Below are positions 8,935 through 16,864 of a DNA stretch of 64,000 nt, piece by piece; the first letter of the stretch is position 1; every line of letters starts with the position of its first letter. Location of the stretch: assembly GCA_002796995.1 (NCBI GenBank), contig PEKW01000005.1, positions 512,892-576,891 on the forward strand, read 5' to 3'. Under the pieces are notes generated by a model. That model ran no database searches, was not told the origin of the DNA, and saw only the letters and a list, made by a program, of their open reading frames with translations. A program made the translations under genes and the position numbers. This DNA comes from Rhizobium sp. GTDB lineage: Bacteria > Pseudomonadota > Alphaproteobacteria > Rhizobiales > Rhizobiaceae.

Positions 8935-8944
8935 GGGCAAAGCC

Positions 8945-9292
8945 ATGAGCCATACCGACGACATGTTCGAACTTTTCGACCTGCGGGTCGACGTGGTGAT
9001 ACCGGAGAATGGCGCCGTCTATTGCGGCGCCAAGCCCGGAGACTATTTCGAGCTGCGCGGCGAGATGCTGCATCTGCCGGCGGGCCAGGGAATATCGATC
9101 TATTCGCTCGCGTCCGTCCTGCCACTCTTGGCCGCCAAGCAGCGCCCCACCCATGCGTATGACTGGATGACGACGGACAGCGACATCGCCTGCCCCGATC
9201 CCAATTGCTCGACCCGGTTGAGGATCAGGCGGACCGGCCTTCGCCGCTTCAGCCATGCCGCAACGACGGCCGTGCCCCTTGAGGAAAAGTAG
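8945..9292 (+). CDS. TIGR04076-like small Cys-containing protein
   Basis: YCGAKPGDYFEL...IACPDPNC pattern recognised from this uncharacterised family. Confidence 0.75.
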   Translation: MSHTDDMFELFDLRVDVVIPENGAVYCGAKPGDYFELRGEMLHLPAGQGISIYSLASVLPLLAAKQRPTHAYDWMTTDSDIACPDPNCSTRLRIRRTGLRRFSHAATTAVPLEEK

Positions 9293-9297
9293 TGACC

Positions 9298-10344
9298 ATG
9301 CAGCGCATCACCATCGCCCCCGGTTATGAAATTTCCCGTGTCATTCGCGGCGGCTGGCAGCTGGCCGGCGGACATGGCGCCGTCGACGGCGAGACGGCGA
9401 TCGACGACATGGTGGCCTTTGCCGATGCCGGCATCACCACCTTCGACTGCGCCGACATCTATACCGGCGTCGAGGAACTGATCGGTCGCTTTCGCCTGCG
9501 CTACCGCGACCTGCGCGGACAGGCCGCCCTGGATCGCATCCGCGTGCACACCAAGTTCGTGCCGGACCTCGGCGTCCTGCCGACCATCGACAAGGCCTAT
9601 GTGGAAGGCGTCATCGACACCTCGCGCAGGCGTCTCAACCTGGAGCGCCTTGATCTCGTGCAGTTCCACTGGTGGGACTATGACATGCCCGCCTGGCTCG
9701 ACACGCTCGGCTGGCTGAACGAGTTGAAGGAGGACGGCCGGATCGACAAGATCAGCGGCACCAATTTCGACAGCGACCACGTGCTCGCGATCCTCAATGC
9801 CGGGATTCCGTTCACCTCGCTGCAGCTGCAATATTCGCTGCTCGATCAACGGCCGGAAAAGCGCATGGTCGATCTGGCCGCCCGACATGATTTCGCGCTC
9901 TTCTGCTACGGCACCGTGGCCGGCGGCTTTCTCTCCGATCGCTGGCTGGGCAAGCCTGAACCGGAGCATCCGCTCGAGAACCGCTCGCTCACCAAATACA
10001 AGCTGATCATCGACGATCTCGGCGGCTGGGATCTTTTCCAGGGACTGCTTTCGGCCCTGCGCCAGATCGCCGACCGGCACCAAACCGACATCGCCACGAT
10101 CGCCAGCGCCGCCATGCTGCGCCGGCCGGGCGTGTCTGCCGTCATCGTCGGGGCGCGCAACCGCGCTCACCTCGCCTCGAACCTGGCGATCGCCGACATC
10201 GTCCTGTCGGATGCAGATCTCGGCGAAATCGACGCCGCCCTGGCCGGGGCACGAGACCTCGAAGGAGACGTCTACACGCTCGAGCGCGACCGTACGGGGC
10301 GTCACGGCAGCATCATGAAATACAATCTCAACAAAGGGGAATGA
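9298..10344 (+). CDS. Aldo/keto reductase (QFHWW subtype)
   Basis: GGWQLAGGHG, FDCADIYTGVE, HTKF, DLVQFHWWDY, LQYSLLDQRP. Confidence 0.92.
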   Translation: MQRITIAPGYEISRVIRGGWQLAGGHGAVDGETAIDDMVAFADAGITTFDCADIYTGVEELIGRFRLRYRDLRGQAALDRIRVHTKFVPDLGVLPTIDKAYVEGVIDTSRRRLNLERLDLVQFHWWDYDMPAWLDTLGWLNELKEDGRIDKISGTNFDSDHVLAILNAGIPFTSLQLQYSLLDQRPEKRMVDLAARHDFALFCYGTVAGGFLSDRWLGKPEPEHPLENRSLTKYKLIIDDLGGWDLFQGLLSALRQIADRHQTDIATIASAAMLRRPGVSAVIVGARNRAHLASNLAIADIVLSDADLGEIDAALAGARDLEGDVYTLERDRTGRHGSIMKYNLNKGE

Positions 10345-10363
10345 AATGGAAAAGGGGAACAAC

Positions 10364-11629
10364 ATGAAACGACTGGTACTTGCCTCGACTATGCTTGCCG
10401 GGCTGTCGCTCGCCGCCTCACCGGCCCTGTCGCAGGCCTGCGACATCACCGTCGGCGTGGTGATGGAACTGACCGGCCCTGCCGGCGAATACGGCAAGGC
10501 GGGCGCGAAATCCGTCGAAATGGCCTTCCGCGACTTCAACGAGGCGGGCGGCGTCGGCGGCTGCAAGCTCGTCATGGACACGCGCGACAGCCAGAGCCAG
10601 GGCAATGTCGCGGTCGACCAAGCGACCCAGCTCGTCAACATCAAGAAGGTGCCGGTCATCATCGGCGGCATCATTTCGTCGGTATCGATCCCGATCCTCA
10701 CCTCGGTGACGGCGCCGGCCGGCGTGGTCCAGGTCTCGCCCGCATCCTCCTCGCCGACGCTGACCGCACTCGGGCGCGACGGCAAGACCAATGGGGTCTT
10801 CTTCCGCACCATCACCTCGGACGCGCTGCAGGGCACGGCAGCCGCCAAATACGCGCTCGACCAGGGCCTGAAGAAGATCGCCATCATTCACGTCAACAAC
10901 GACTTCGGCAACAATCTGATGGCCGAGTTCACCGCCGCCTACACCAAGCTCGGCGGCACGATCACCTCGACGACGCCCTATAACGAGAAGCAGGCGAGCT
11001 ATTCCTCCGAAGCCTCCGTGGCCATGGCCGGCGAACCGGATGCGCTCTACCTGATCTCCACACCGGTCGACGGCGCCACCATCGCCCGCGCGTGGATCTC
11101 CGGCGGCGGCGTGCAGAAATTTCTGCTGAATGACGGCATGAACTCCAAGGATTTCATCACCAGCGTCGGCCCCCAGTATCTGAACGAAGCCTATGGCACG
11201 TCGTCGGGCACCACGCCGACGGCCTCGACCGAATATTTCAACGCCAATTACGAACAGTTCTCGGGCGGGATCGCGCCGTCCGCTCCGGCCGCCGACCGGT
11301 CCTATGACGCCGGCGCCATCGTCGCCCTGGCGATCGCCAAGGCCGGCAGCGCCGACAAGGCCGCCATCAGGGCCGCCATCTCCGAGGTGACGGCGCCGGG
11401 CGGGACGCCGATCCATGCCGGAAAGGCGGAGTTCGAAAAGGCGTTGGCGCTGATGAAGGACGGCAAGCCGGTCAAGTATGAAGGCGTCATCGGCCCGGTC
11501 AGCTTCGACCAGTACGGCGACATCACCGGCCCCTTCCGCCTGTGGAAGATCACCGATGGCGAGGTGACCACGGTCGGCGAGATGCCGGCGGAAGACGTCT
11601 CCAAGATCAAGGAATCGCTCGCCAAATAA
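10364..11629 (+). CDS. HAAT-type ABC substrate-binding protein
   Basis: Signal peptide; ELTGPAGEYG; SPASSSPTLT; FFRTITSDALQG. Confidence 0.92.
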   Translation: MKRLVLASTMLAGLSLAASPALSQACDITVGVVMELTGPAGEYGKAGAKSVEMAFRDFNEAGGVGGCKLVMDTRDSQSQGNVAVDQATQLVNIKKVPVIIGGIISSVSIPILTSVTAPAGVVQVSPASSSPTLTALGRDGKTNGVFFRTITSDALQGTAAAKYALDQGLKKIAIIHVNNDFGNNLMAEFTAAYTKLGGTITSTTPYNEKQASYSSEASVAMAGEPDALYLISTPVDGATIARAWISGGGVQKFLLNDGMNSKDFITSVGPQYLNEAYGTSSGTTPTASTEYFNANYEQFSGGIAPSAPAADRSYDAGAIVALAIAKAGSADKAAIRAAISEVTAPGGTPIHAGKAEFEKALALMKDGKPVKYEGVIGPVSFDQYGDITGPFRLWKITDGEVTTVGEMPAEDVSKIKESLAK

Positions 11630-11648
11630 GCGGGTTTGCACAGACGAC

Positions 11649-11681
11649 AAAGCGGGCGGCCTGCAAAGGGCCGCCCGCTTT
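11649..11681 (+). terminator. Intrinsic terminator
   Basis: aaagcgggcggcc / ggccgcccgcttt stem after the substrate-binding protein gene. Confidence 0.8.
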
Positions 11682-11969
11682 CGTGCCGGGATCATCGTCA
11701 ATCGTCCGAAAGCCTGCGCTGATCCGGTCAGACAAGCTGAGTGTCGGGCGCGCCATGGATCGCCACGCCGAAGCGGCCCCGGTCGGGCAAAGCATCCGCC
11801 TCCCCTGCCGCTGCACCAGATCTTCGCGAAGCGAGCAACCGACCACAGCGTCTCGCGCCCGGCCAAATCACCGCCCGCGGGCGTTACGCAAGGCGATCCG
11901 GACCTTCGCAAGCACGAGGACGTCACCGACGCCCGTTCGCGCCGGCCGTCAGGATCGACAGAGCCGCAC

Positions 11970-12341
11970 TCAGGCTCCGACGGTCTCGCTCACATCATCC
12001 AGCAGGAAATACACCACGACGTACTTCGTCGAATACGGCCGGCCGCTCTCCGAAACGCTTTCCACGGTTCCACCGTCGGCCGGGTGCCATTGGCCATAGT
12101 GCGGATTGTTGACGATCAGCGTCACAGCCTTGCCCGAAAACTTCCCCTGAAGCCTATGACGCGCCTCGGCGAATGGCCAGATCCGCTCATAGTCCTCCTG
12201 GGTGAGGCGCACCTTCAGCGCCTTGCGGTGGATCGCCTCACCGGCCGATCCGTCTTCGCGCTCCGTCGCCGGACTATCAAGCGTCACTTCCTCCGCCTCA
12301 TCGAAAATGAAGCGGAATTCATCGGGCCACATGCGTCTCAT
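11970..12341 (-). CDS. Hypothetical protein (123 aa)
   Basis: Strong GGAGGAG RBS before ATG 12341; MRRMWPDEFRFIFDEAEEV...KYVVVYFLLDDV; 3' part of ORF 11970..12584. Confidence 0.75.
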   Translation of the reverse strand: MRRMWPDEFRFIFDEAEEVTLDSPATEREDGSAGEAIHRKALKVRLTQEDYERIWPFAEARHRLQGKFSGKAVTLIVNNPHYGQWHPADGGTVESVSESGRPYSTKYVVVYFLLDDVSETVGA

Positions 12342-12613
12342 CAAATTGCTCCTCCCGAGCGTTTCCCGCTGAAGTGTACCGCGTCCGCCGCCGGAAACAA
12401 CGCATGAATCCATCGCCTTGCCCCGACCCACCGGAAAATCGCGGCCGCAGGCTCGGTTGTGCGATGGCCCGTGCTCCCGGCACATCCGAGCCCTCCGTAG
12501 CATCAACGTCGGCTTTGAGTGCCGGAAAAGCGACGTGGCCCACGATATTCCCCACCTCATCGAGGCGGAGATCCGGTGAGACAAATCGAAGAAAAACGTC
12601 GGAAAATGGAAAT

Positions 12614-12628
12614 TGGTGGGCCCGGAGG
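12614..12628 (-). repeat. att-like copy of the last 15 nt of tRNA-Ile2 (CCTCCGGGCCCACCA)
   Basis: Exact match to 14556..14570. Confidence 0.9.
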
Positions 12629-12725
12629 CTACCGGAATGCCAGGAGTTCTGGGCTTTCGGGAGAGTTCGATGGCACGTCACCCCCATAAAGACCCCACAT
12701 TTCTCTCAACCCAAATCCGGTTAGT

Positions 12726-13346
12726 TCAACTACCCTCCTTGGGCGGAGTCGTGATTCTGTCGGACGCCATTGTTTCCATCCTTTTAGCGACCTGAACAGG
12801 TGGCTCTCCATGTCCGCGCCATGAGTAGTGGTTTCCCGCGCTGTCGAAGGCGATCCTGAAATTCGGATAGTCGTTCCCAATGCGACGCATGAGATCCGTG
12901 TAGGCTGCGATCGGCACAAGCCAGAGGTGGCTATCATTGCGATCGGATGTCACAAAGAACCCGCTGACCCGGAGATCGCCCTCAGCGTAAACGCACTCCG
13001 AAAACACCCTACTATGGACAATGATGTCCAGCAGGTAGCCTACACCGAGCGCGCAGGTCGAGGGCGCTTCCACATCGAACGCTTCCCAGAAATTATGTCG
13101 CTTCCACCAATCCAGCTTCTGCCCTTGGAGAAGTCCATACCTTTCCGCTCGCAGGCTGCGCCCCTCGACATCGCTTGATACCTTCTCGCATTCGATGAGT
13201 TTCCGCATCGCGAAAGCCGAGACGAACACCTTTCTCTCGATCAGCATGGAGCCGCGCTCCGTGGCCCGCGTCTTTGCCGCCCACCGCTCTATAAGATCGG
13301 CATCGTTGAGCAACTGGTCTTTCCAGGGTGCGCTTTCGGCGATCAC
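12726..13346 (-). CDS. Hypothetical protein (206 aa), islet cargo
   Basis: GTG start overlaps the upstream stop (GTGA); globular-looking sequence (ERKVFVSAFAMRKLIE...LLDIIVHS...FFVTSDR). Confidence 0.8.
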   Translation of the reverse strand: MIAESAPWKDQLLNDADLIERWAAKTRATERGSMLIERKVFVSAFAMRKLIECEKVSSDVEGRSLRAERYGLLQGQKLDWWKRHNFWEAFDVEAPSTCALGVGYLLDIIVHSRVFSECVYAEGDLRVSGFFVTSDRNDSHLWLVPIAAYTDLMRRIGNDYPNFRIAFDSAGNHYSWRGHGEPPVQVAKRMETMASDRITTPPKEGS

Positions 13347-13996
13347 ACCTTTCGACCTCGATGTTCGGCAATTTGATGAGGGAGGTCGTATACGATTTTC
13401 AGCAGCATACTTAGATACTCGACCACTGCCAAAGCATCAGCGGCTAAAGTCCCAGACGCGCCCGGCATCGGATGCGCATTGCTGTTTCCAATCTCCCTCA
13501 CCTCATGCGCCCAATCCACCATGATCGGCGGCAATATGCCCTTGCTACCGAGGTCTTTGATCTCCTTAAACAGGCTGTCGCCTTCAGCCTCCTGATAACG
13601 AAGGATCAACTGCACGGCGCTTCGTGCCATCAGTGCAGCGGCGTCGTAGTTTGACGCCTCAACGCTTCGTTTCGCTTGCAGCCAATATCGCCCAACATCG
13701 TCAGGCCAGTGCTCGGGCCATCTCGTCGTATTGCGAGGCCACGGAACTTGGTGGATTCCGACAAGGCCAGAATTTCCCATGCCCCAAAATACGGAAGTCA
13801 GATTACCGCACTGCTGACAGACCAAAACGTCATAATGTAACTCTTTCGACTTATCCGGCTTCGTCTTGGATACCCTGCTTTCAAAGCCAAACCGACCGAC
13901 TTCTCCGCAGAAGCCGCAGGTAACTTCATTAAGCGGCAGGTCGCCGTCGTAGCTTCGGTATCCCCTTCCTTCCCCTAGATCCCACCAACTCATCAC
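13343..13996 (-). CDS. Zn-ribbon plus DUF4145 (HEPN-like) domain protein
   Basis: CGFC...CQQC; DAAALMARSAVQLIL, SLFKEIKDL, WAHEVREIGNSNAH (RxxxNxxxH). Confidence 0.82.
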   Translation of the reverse strand: MMSWWDLGEGRGYRSYDGDLPLNEVTCGFCGEVGRFGFESRVSKTKPDKSKELHYDVLVCQQCGNLTSVFWGMGNSGLVGIHQVPWPRNTTRWPEHWPDDVGRYWLQAKRSVEASNYDAAALMARSAVQLILRYQEAEGDSLFKEIKDLGSKGILPPIMVDWAHEVREIGNSNAHPMPGASGTLAADALAVVEYLSMLLKIVYDLPHQIAEHRGRKV

Positions 13997-14398
13997 TATG
14001 CCCTCTAACGCCGGGACTCGTTTCGTTCCCGATTCATCGGCTAAGCATGTGTTATTTTACTGATGCATTCAACGTAACCGCGTTTCGGCGTCGTGATCAT
14101 TCATACGCCGCTCGGCCTCACGCTTCCGTTCTTCCAAAACGCTTTGCCATTCTTCATATGACATTCCAGAAAAAGCGCTTGGTCATTGAAGATCGCTCTC
14201 ACGTATCCAGGAATATTCTCCTGGAGCATTGGGGATTGGCATCAGCGCGTCGGTATAAGTTGAACGATCCGGACTTGCACCGGCAACGTTTGGACACGAA
14301 CCCGCAACCATCAGACTGCAATACATGCTTCCGACTTGGGCCCTTGGATCGCTGGACTCCAACGTTTAGGTATAAACGGGTTGAGTAATCGCCTGGAG

Positions 14399-14444
14399 CG
14401 TCACCCCCCGGCGTTACCCCCGCATAAGCCTCAAGGGGTAACGC
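14399..14444. repeat. Cluster of CGT(C/T)ACCCC motifs (two direct, one inverted); a further copy at 12676..12685
   Basis: cgtcaccccc 14399, cgttaccccc 14412, ggggtaacg 14435, cgtcaccccc 12676. Confidence 0.7.
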
Positions 14445-14555
14445 GGTACTCGAACGCGGGGGCATCCTGCGCCTTTGATACCCTCAAAACCTCTGGATTG
14501 AGGCATTTGTGGGTTGCTAAACCATTGATTTTACTATTCACCGCAAAAGAGCGGA

Positions 14556-14631
14556 TGGTGGGCCCGGAGGGACTCGAACCCCCAACCAAGCGGTTATGAG
14601 CCGCCGGCTCTAACCATTGAGCTACAGGCCC
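14556..14631 (-). tRNA. tRNA-Ile2, anticodon CAT (lysidine type)
   Basis: GGGCCTGTAGCTCAATGGTTAGAGCCGGCGGCTCATAACCGCTTGGTTGGGGGTTCGAGTCCCTCCGGGCCCACCA; 76-nt cloverleaf with encoded CCA. Ile2 rather than Met is inferred from its resemblance to alphaproteobacterial Ile2. Confidence 0.93.
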
Positions 14632-14786
14632 AGCCCGGCGTCTGGCGCCGCAGGCGGCGGGCAATGGCACCCGTGCCTTGGCTGACGCTCTAGCCGAATT
14701 CGCCACAGGCGACAAGTCTCCGCCGCAATGGCTTCACAATCGCCCGTCATCAAGGCAAGTGTAAGGGACGCCAATTCGAGGAAACC

Positions 14787-15527
14787 ATGATGAACCATCT
14801 GAAGACAACGAGGCTTGCGCTCGCCGCCACCCTCTCCTGCGCCATGCTCCTGCCGCTGTCAGCCTTCGCCGCGGAGCCGGAAATCCGCGAGGCGACGATC
14901 ATCGTCTCGGGCGAAGGAGATGCGGCGATCGCACCCGACATGGCGGTGCTCAGCCTCAGCGTCGTGCGCGAGGCCGAAACCGCGGCCGAGGCGCTGAAGG
15001 CCAACAGCCAGGCCATGGCCGAGGTCATCGCCGACCTGAAAGCCAAGTCCATCGCCGACCGCGACATCCAGACCTCCGCCTTCTCCGTCGATCCGCTCTA
15101 TCGCCAGGACAAGGCCGACGACGACACCTATGAGGCGCCGGTGATCGTCGGCTACCGGGTCACCAACGGGCTGACGCTGCGGGTGCGCGACCTCACCATG
15201 CTCGGCGGGCTGATCGATGCGGCCGTCAAGCTCGGCGTCAACCAGGGCGGCGGGATCACCTTTACCAACGACAATCCGGAGGCGGCGATCACCGAGGCCC
15301 GCAAGAAGGCCGTGGCCGAAGCAATGGAGAAGGCGAAGGTGTTGACCGAAGCCGCCGGCGTCAAGCTCGGCCGCGTCGTCGAGATCAGCGAAAACTTCGC
15401 CCGCCCGATGCCGCAGCCGATGTACCGCGCGGCCATGGCCAAGGAAATGGCCGATGCCGCCCCGATCGCAGCCGGCGAGAACGAGTATACGGTGACCGTC
15501 AACATCACCTACGCCATCGCGCAATAA
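14787..15527 (+). CDS. SIMPL/DUF541 (BP26/Omp28-like) periplasmic protein
   Basis: Signal peptide; IIVSGEGDAAIAPDMA, DIQTS, AVKLGVNQGGGITF, PIAAGE. Confidence 0.92.
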   Translation: MMNHLKTTRLALAATLSCAMLLPLSAFAAEPEIREATIIVSGEGDAAIAPDMAVLSLSVVREAETAAEALKANSQAMAEVIADLKAKSIADRDIQTSAFSVDPLYRQDKADDDTYEAPVIVGYRVTNGLTLRVRDLTMLGGLIDAAVKLGVNQGGGITFTNDNPEAAITEARKKAVAEAMEKAKVLTEAAGVKLGRVVEISENFARPMPQPMYRAAMAKEMADAAPIAAGENEYTVTVNITYAIAQ

Positions 15528-15593
15528 CGACGACGTGCTACCCGCCTGACATCTTTCGGGCGGGCAGACGCGCTTCCGGACATCGTCAAAAGC

Positions 15594-15621
15594 AAAAGGC
15601 CCGCCTTCCGGCGGGCCTTTC
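15594..15621. terminator. Bidirectional intrinsic terminator
   Basis: aaaggcccgcc-ttcc-ggcgggccttt between convergent genes. Confidence 0.8.
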
Positions 15622-15640
15622 TCGTTCGAACTGTGGACGA

Positions 15641-16009
15641 TCAGTAGGTGATGACGGGGCAGCCGCGCACATTGGCGAAAACCATGCGGTCGAACTCGCC
15701 ATGGCGGAAGCCGGCGACGACGATCCGGCGCGGCGTCACATTGTGGACGCGGGCGCGGCGCAGGCCGCTCCAGCGGGCCTCTTCCACCGCGCGGCGCGGC
15801 GAGCAGCCTTCGGGACGGTGGCGGCGCGGCTGGTAGCCCCAGCCCGGACGCGGACCGTAGCGGTCGTGGTGGTTGTAGCCGGGCTCTCCGCCGCCGACAT
15901 AGATGCCCCAGCCGAATTCCTGGCCGGCGGCGGCGGTCGACACGGTGCCGACGGTGGAAGCGAAGGTGACGAGGGCAACGAGGCCGAATTTTGCAAGCAT
16001 GCCGGTCAT
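15641..16009 (-). CDS. Secreted hypothetical protein (Gly/His/Arg-rich linker, two Cys)
   Basis: Signal peptide, GGAG RBS; CSPRRAVEEARWSGL...FANVRGCP. Confidence 0.75.
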   Translation of the reverse strand: MTGMLAKFGLVALVTFASTVGTVSTAAAGQEFGWGIYVGGGEPGYNHHDRYGPRPGWGYQPRRHRPEGCSPRRAVEEARWSGLRRARVHNVTPRRIVVAGFRHGEFDRMVFANVRGCPVITY

Positions 16010-16155
16010 GGGGTTCTCTCCTGTGGCTGTCCGGCCTTGGCCGGGGTGACGCTCCCGCTTTCCTCAGCGATTGGGAAGAGATTGCCCGATCATGCCTGAA
16101 TGCGGTCCGAACCGCTTATTCAGCGATCGTTCATGCAGGAAAGGCGGTCATCGGT

Positions 16156-16578
16156 TCAACCGGCGATGTGCAGGATCACCTCGCGCCGATGCGGCAGATC
16201 CCGGTGCTCGAACAGGTAGAGCCCCTGCCACGTGCCCAGCAACAGGCGCCCGGCGGAAAACGGGATGCCGATCGACACCTGCGTCAGCGCCGCCTTGATA
16301 TGCGCCGGCATGTCGTCCGGCCCCTCCTGCCGATGCTCGATCCAGTCCATCACCGGATCGGAGGATGGCGGGACCAGACGACGGAAGAAGGCCTTGAGAT
16401 CGCGCTGGACCGACGGATCGGCATTCTCCTGGATCAGCAGGGAACAGGAGGTGTGGCGCACGAAGACCGTCAGCAGACCCTCCTCCGCGTCCTCGGCCTC
16501 GAGGAAGGCTACCGCCTCACGGGTGAACTCGTAGAGCCCCTGCCCTTCGGTCCGAATCACTATCCGCCGCAAGGCCAT
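16156..16578 (-). CDS. yjbQ: UPF0047/YjbQ family protein
   Basis: VRHTSCSLLIQENADP, EGPDDMPAHIK, LGTWQGLYLFEHR. Confidence 0.92.
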   Translation of the reverse strand: MALRRIVIRTEGQGLYEFTREAVAFLEAEDAEEGLLTVFVRHTSCSLLIQENADPSVQRDLKAFFRRLVPPSSDPVMDWIEHRQEGPDDMPAHIKAALTQVSIGIPFSAGRLLLGTWQGLYLFEHRDLPHRREVILHIAG

Positions 16579-16864
16579 GCTCTCCTCCATCGCGTTTCGC
16601 CGGCGCGCCGCCGCTATGGCTCTACATGGGCGCGATCGCCCCGGGGTCAAGCAAGACACCGGGGAAGGCCTGAGGGAAATGTCCCGGCGCCCGCTCATCC
16701 ATCAGCAAGACATGATATAAATCCCGACTATATTGACGTTCGTCATAAACACGCGCGAAAAACACCAGAAATGGCCATGCTGCGAAAGTACTGCTTTAAC
16801 TTTATGGAAAGGCGCTCATGATTGTCTTTGGAAATATACTGAATATCCTCGCACAGGCCATTTC

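Larger units (their letters stand above)
12614..14570. mobile_element. Integrase-less genomic islet inserted in the 3' end of tRNA-Ile2
   Basis: 15-bp direct repeat TGGTGGGCCCGGAGG at 12614..12628 and 14556..14570; visibly lower GC than the flanks; two cargo genes. Confidence 0.8.

Noticed and set aside
11690-11969. Possible pseudogene or sRNA after the SBP terminator
   Set aside because: Translations give no recognisable motif, and no convincing promoter-terminator pair was seen.
14000-14555. Possible integrase remnant or extra cargo gene beside the tRNA (ORFs 14047..14388, 14199..14465; interrupted frame 14069..14242 minus, MPIPNAPGEYSWIRESDLQ*PSAFSGMSYEEWQ...)
   Set aside because: No tyrosine recombinase R-H-x-x-R-H-Y or serine recombinase motifs seen. 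The interrupted frame looks vaguely protein-like but cannot be assigned without a search.
14556-14631. Calling the CAT-anticodon tRNA a Met tRNA
   Set aside because: It has a paired 1:72 position and lacks the initiator GGG/CCC anticodon stem. The overall sequence resembles alphaproteobacterial Ile2, though elongator Met is not formally excluded without a covariance model.
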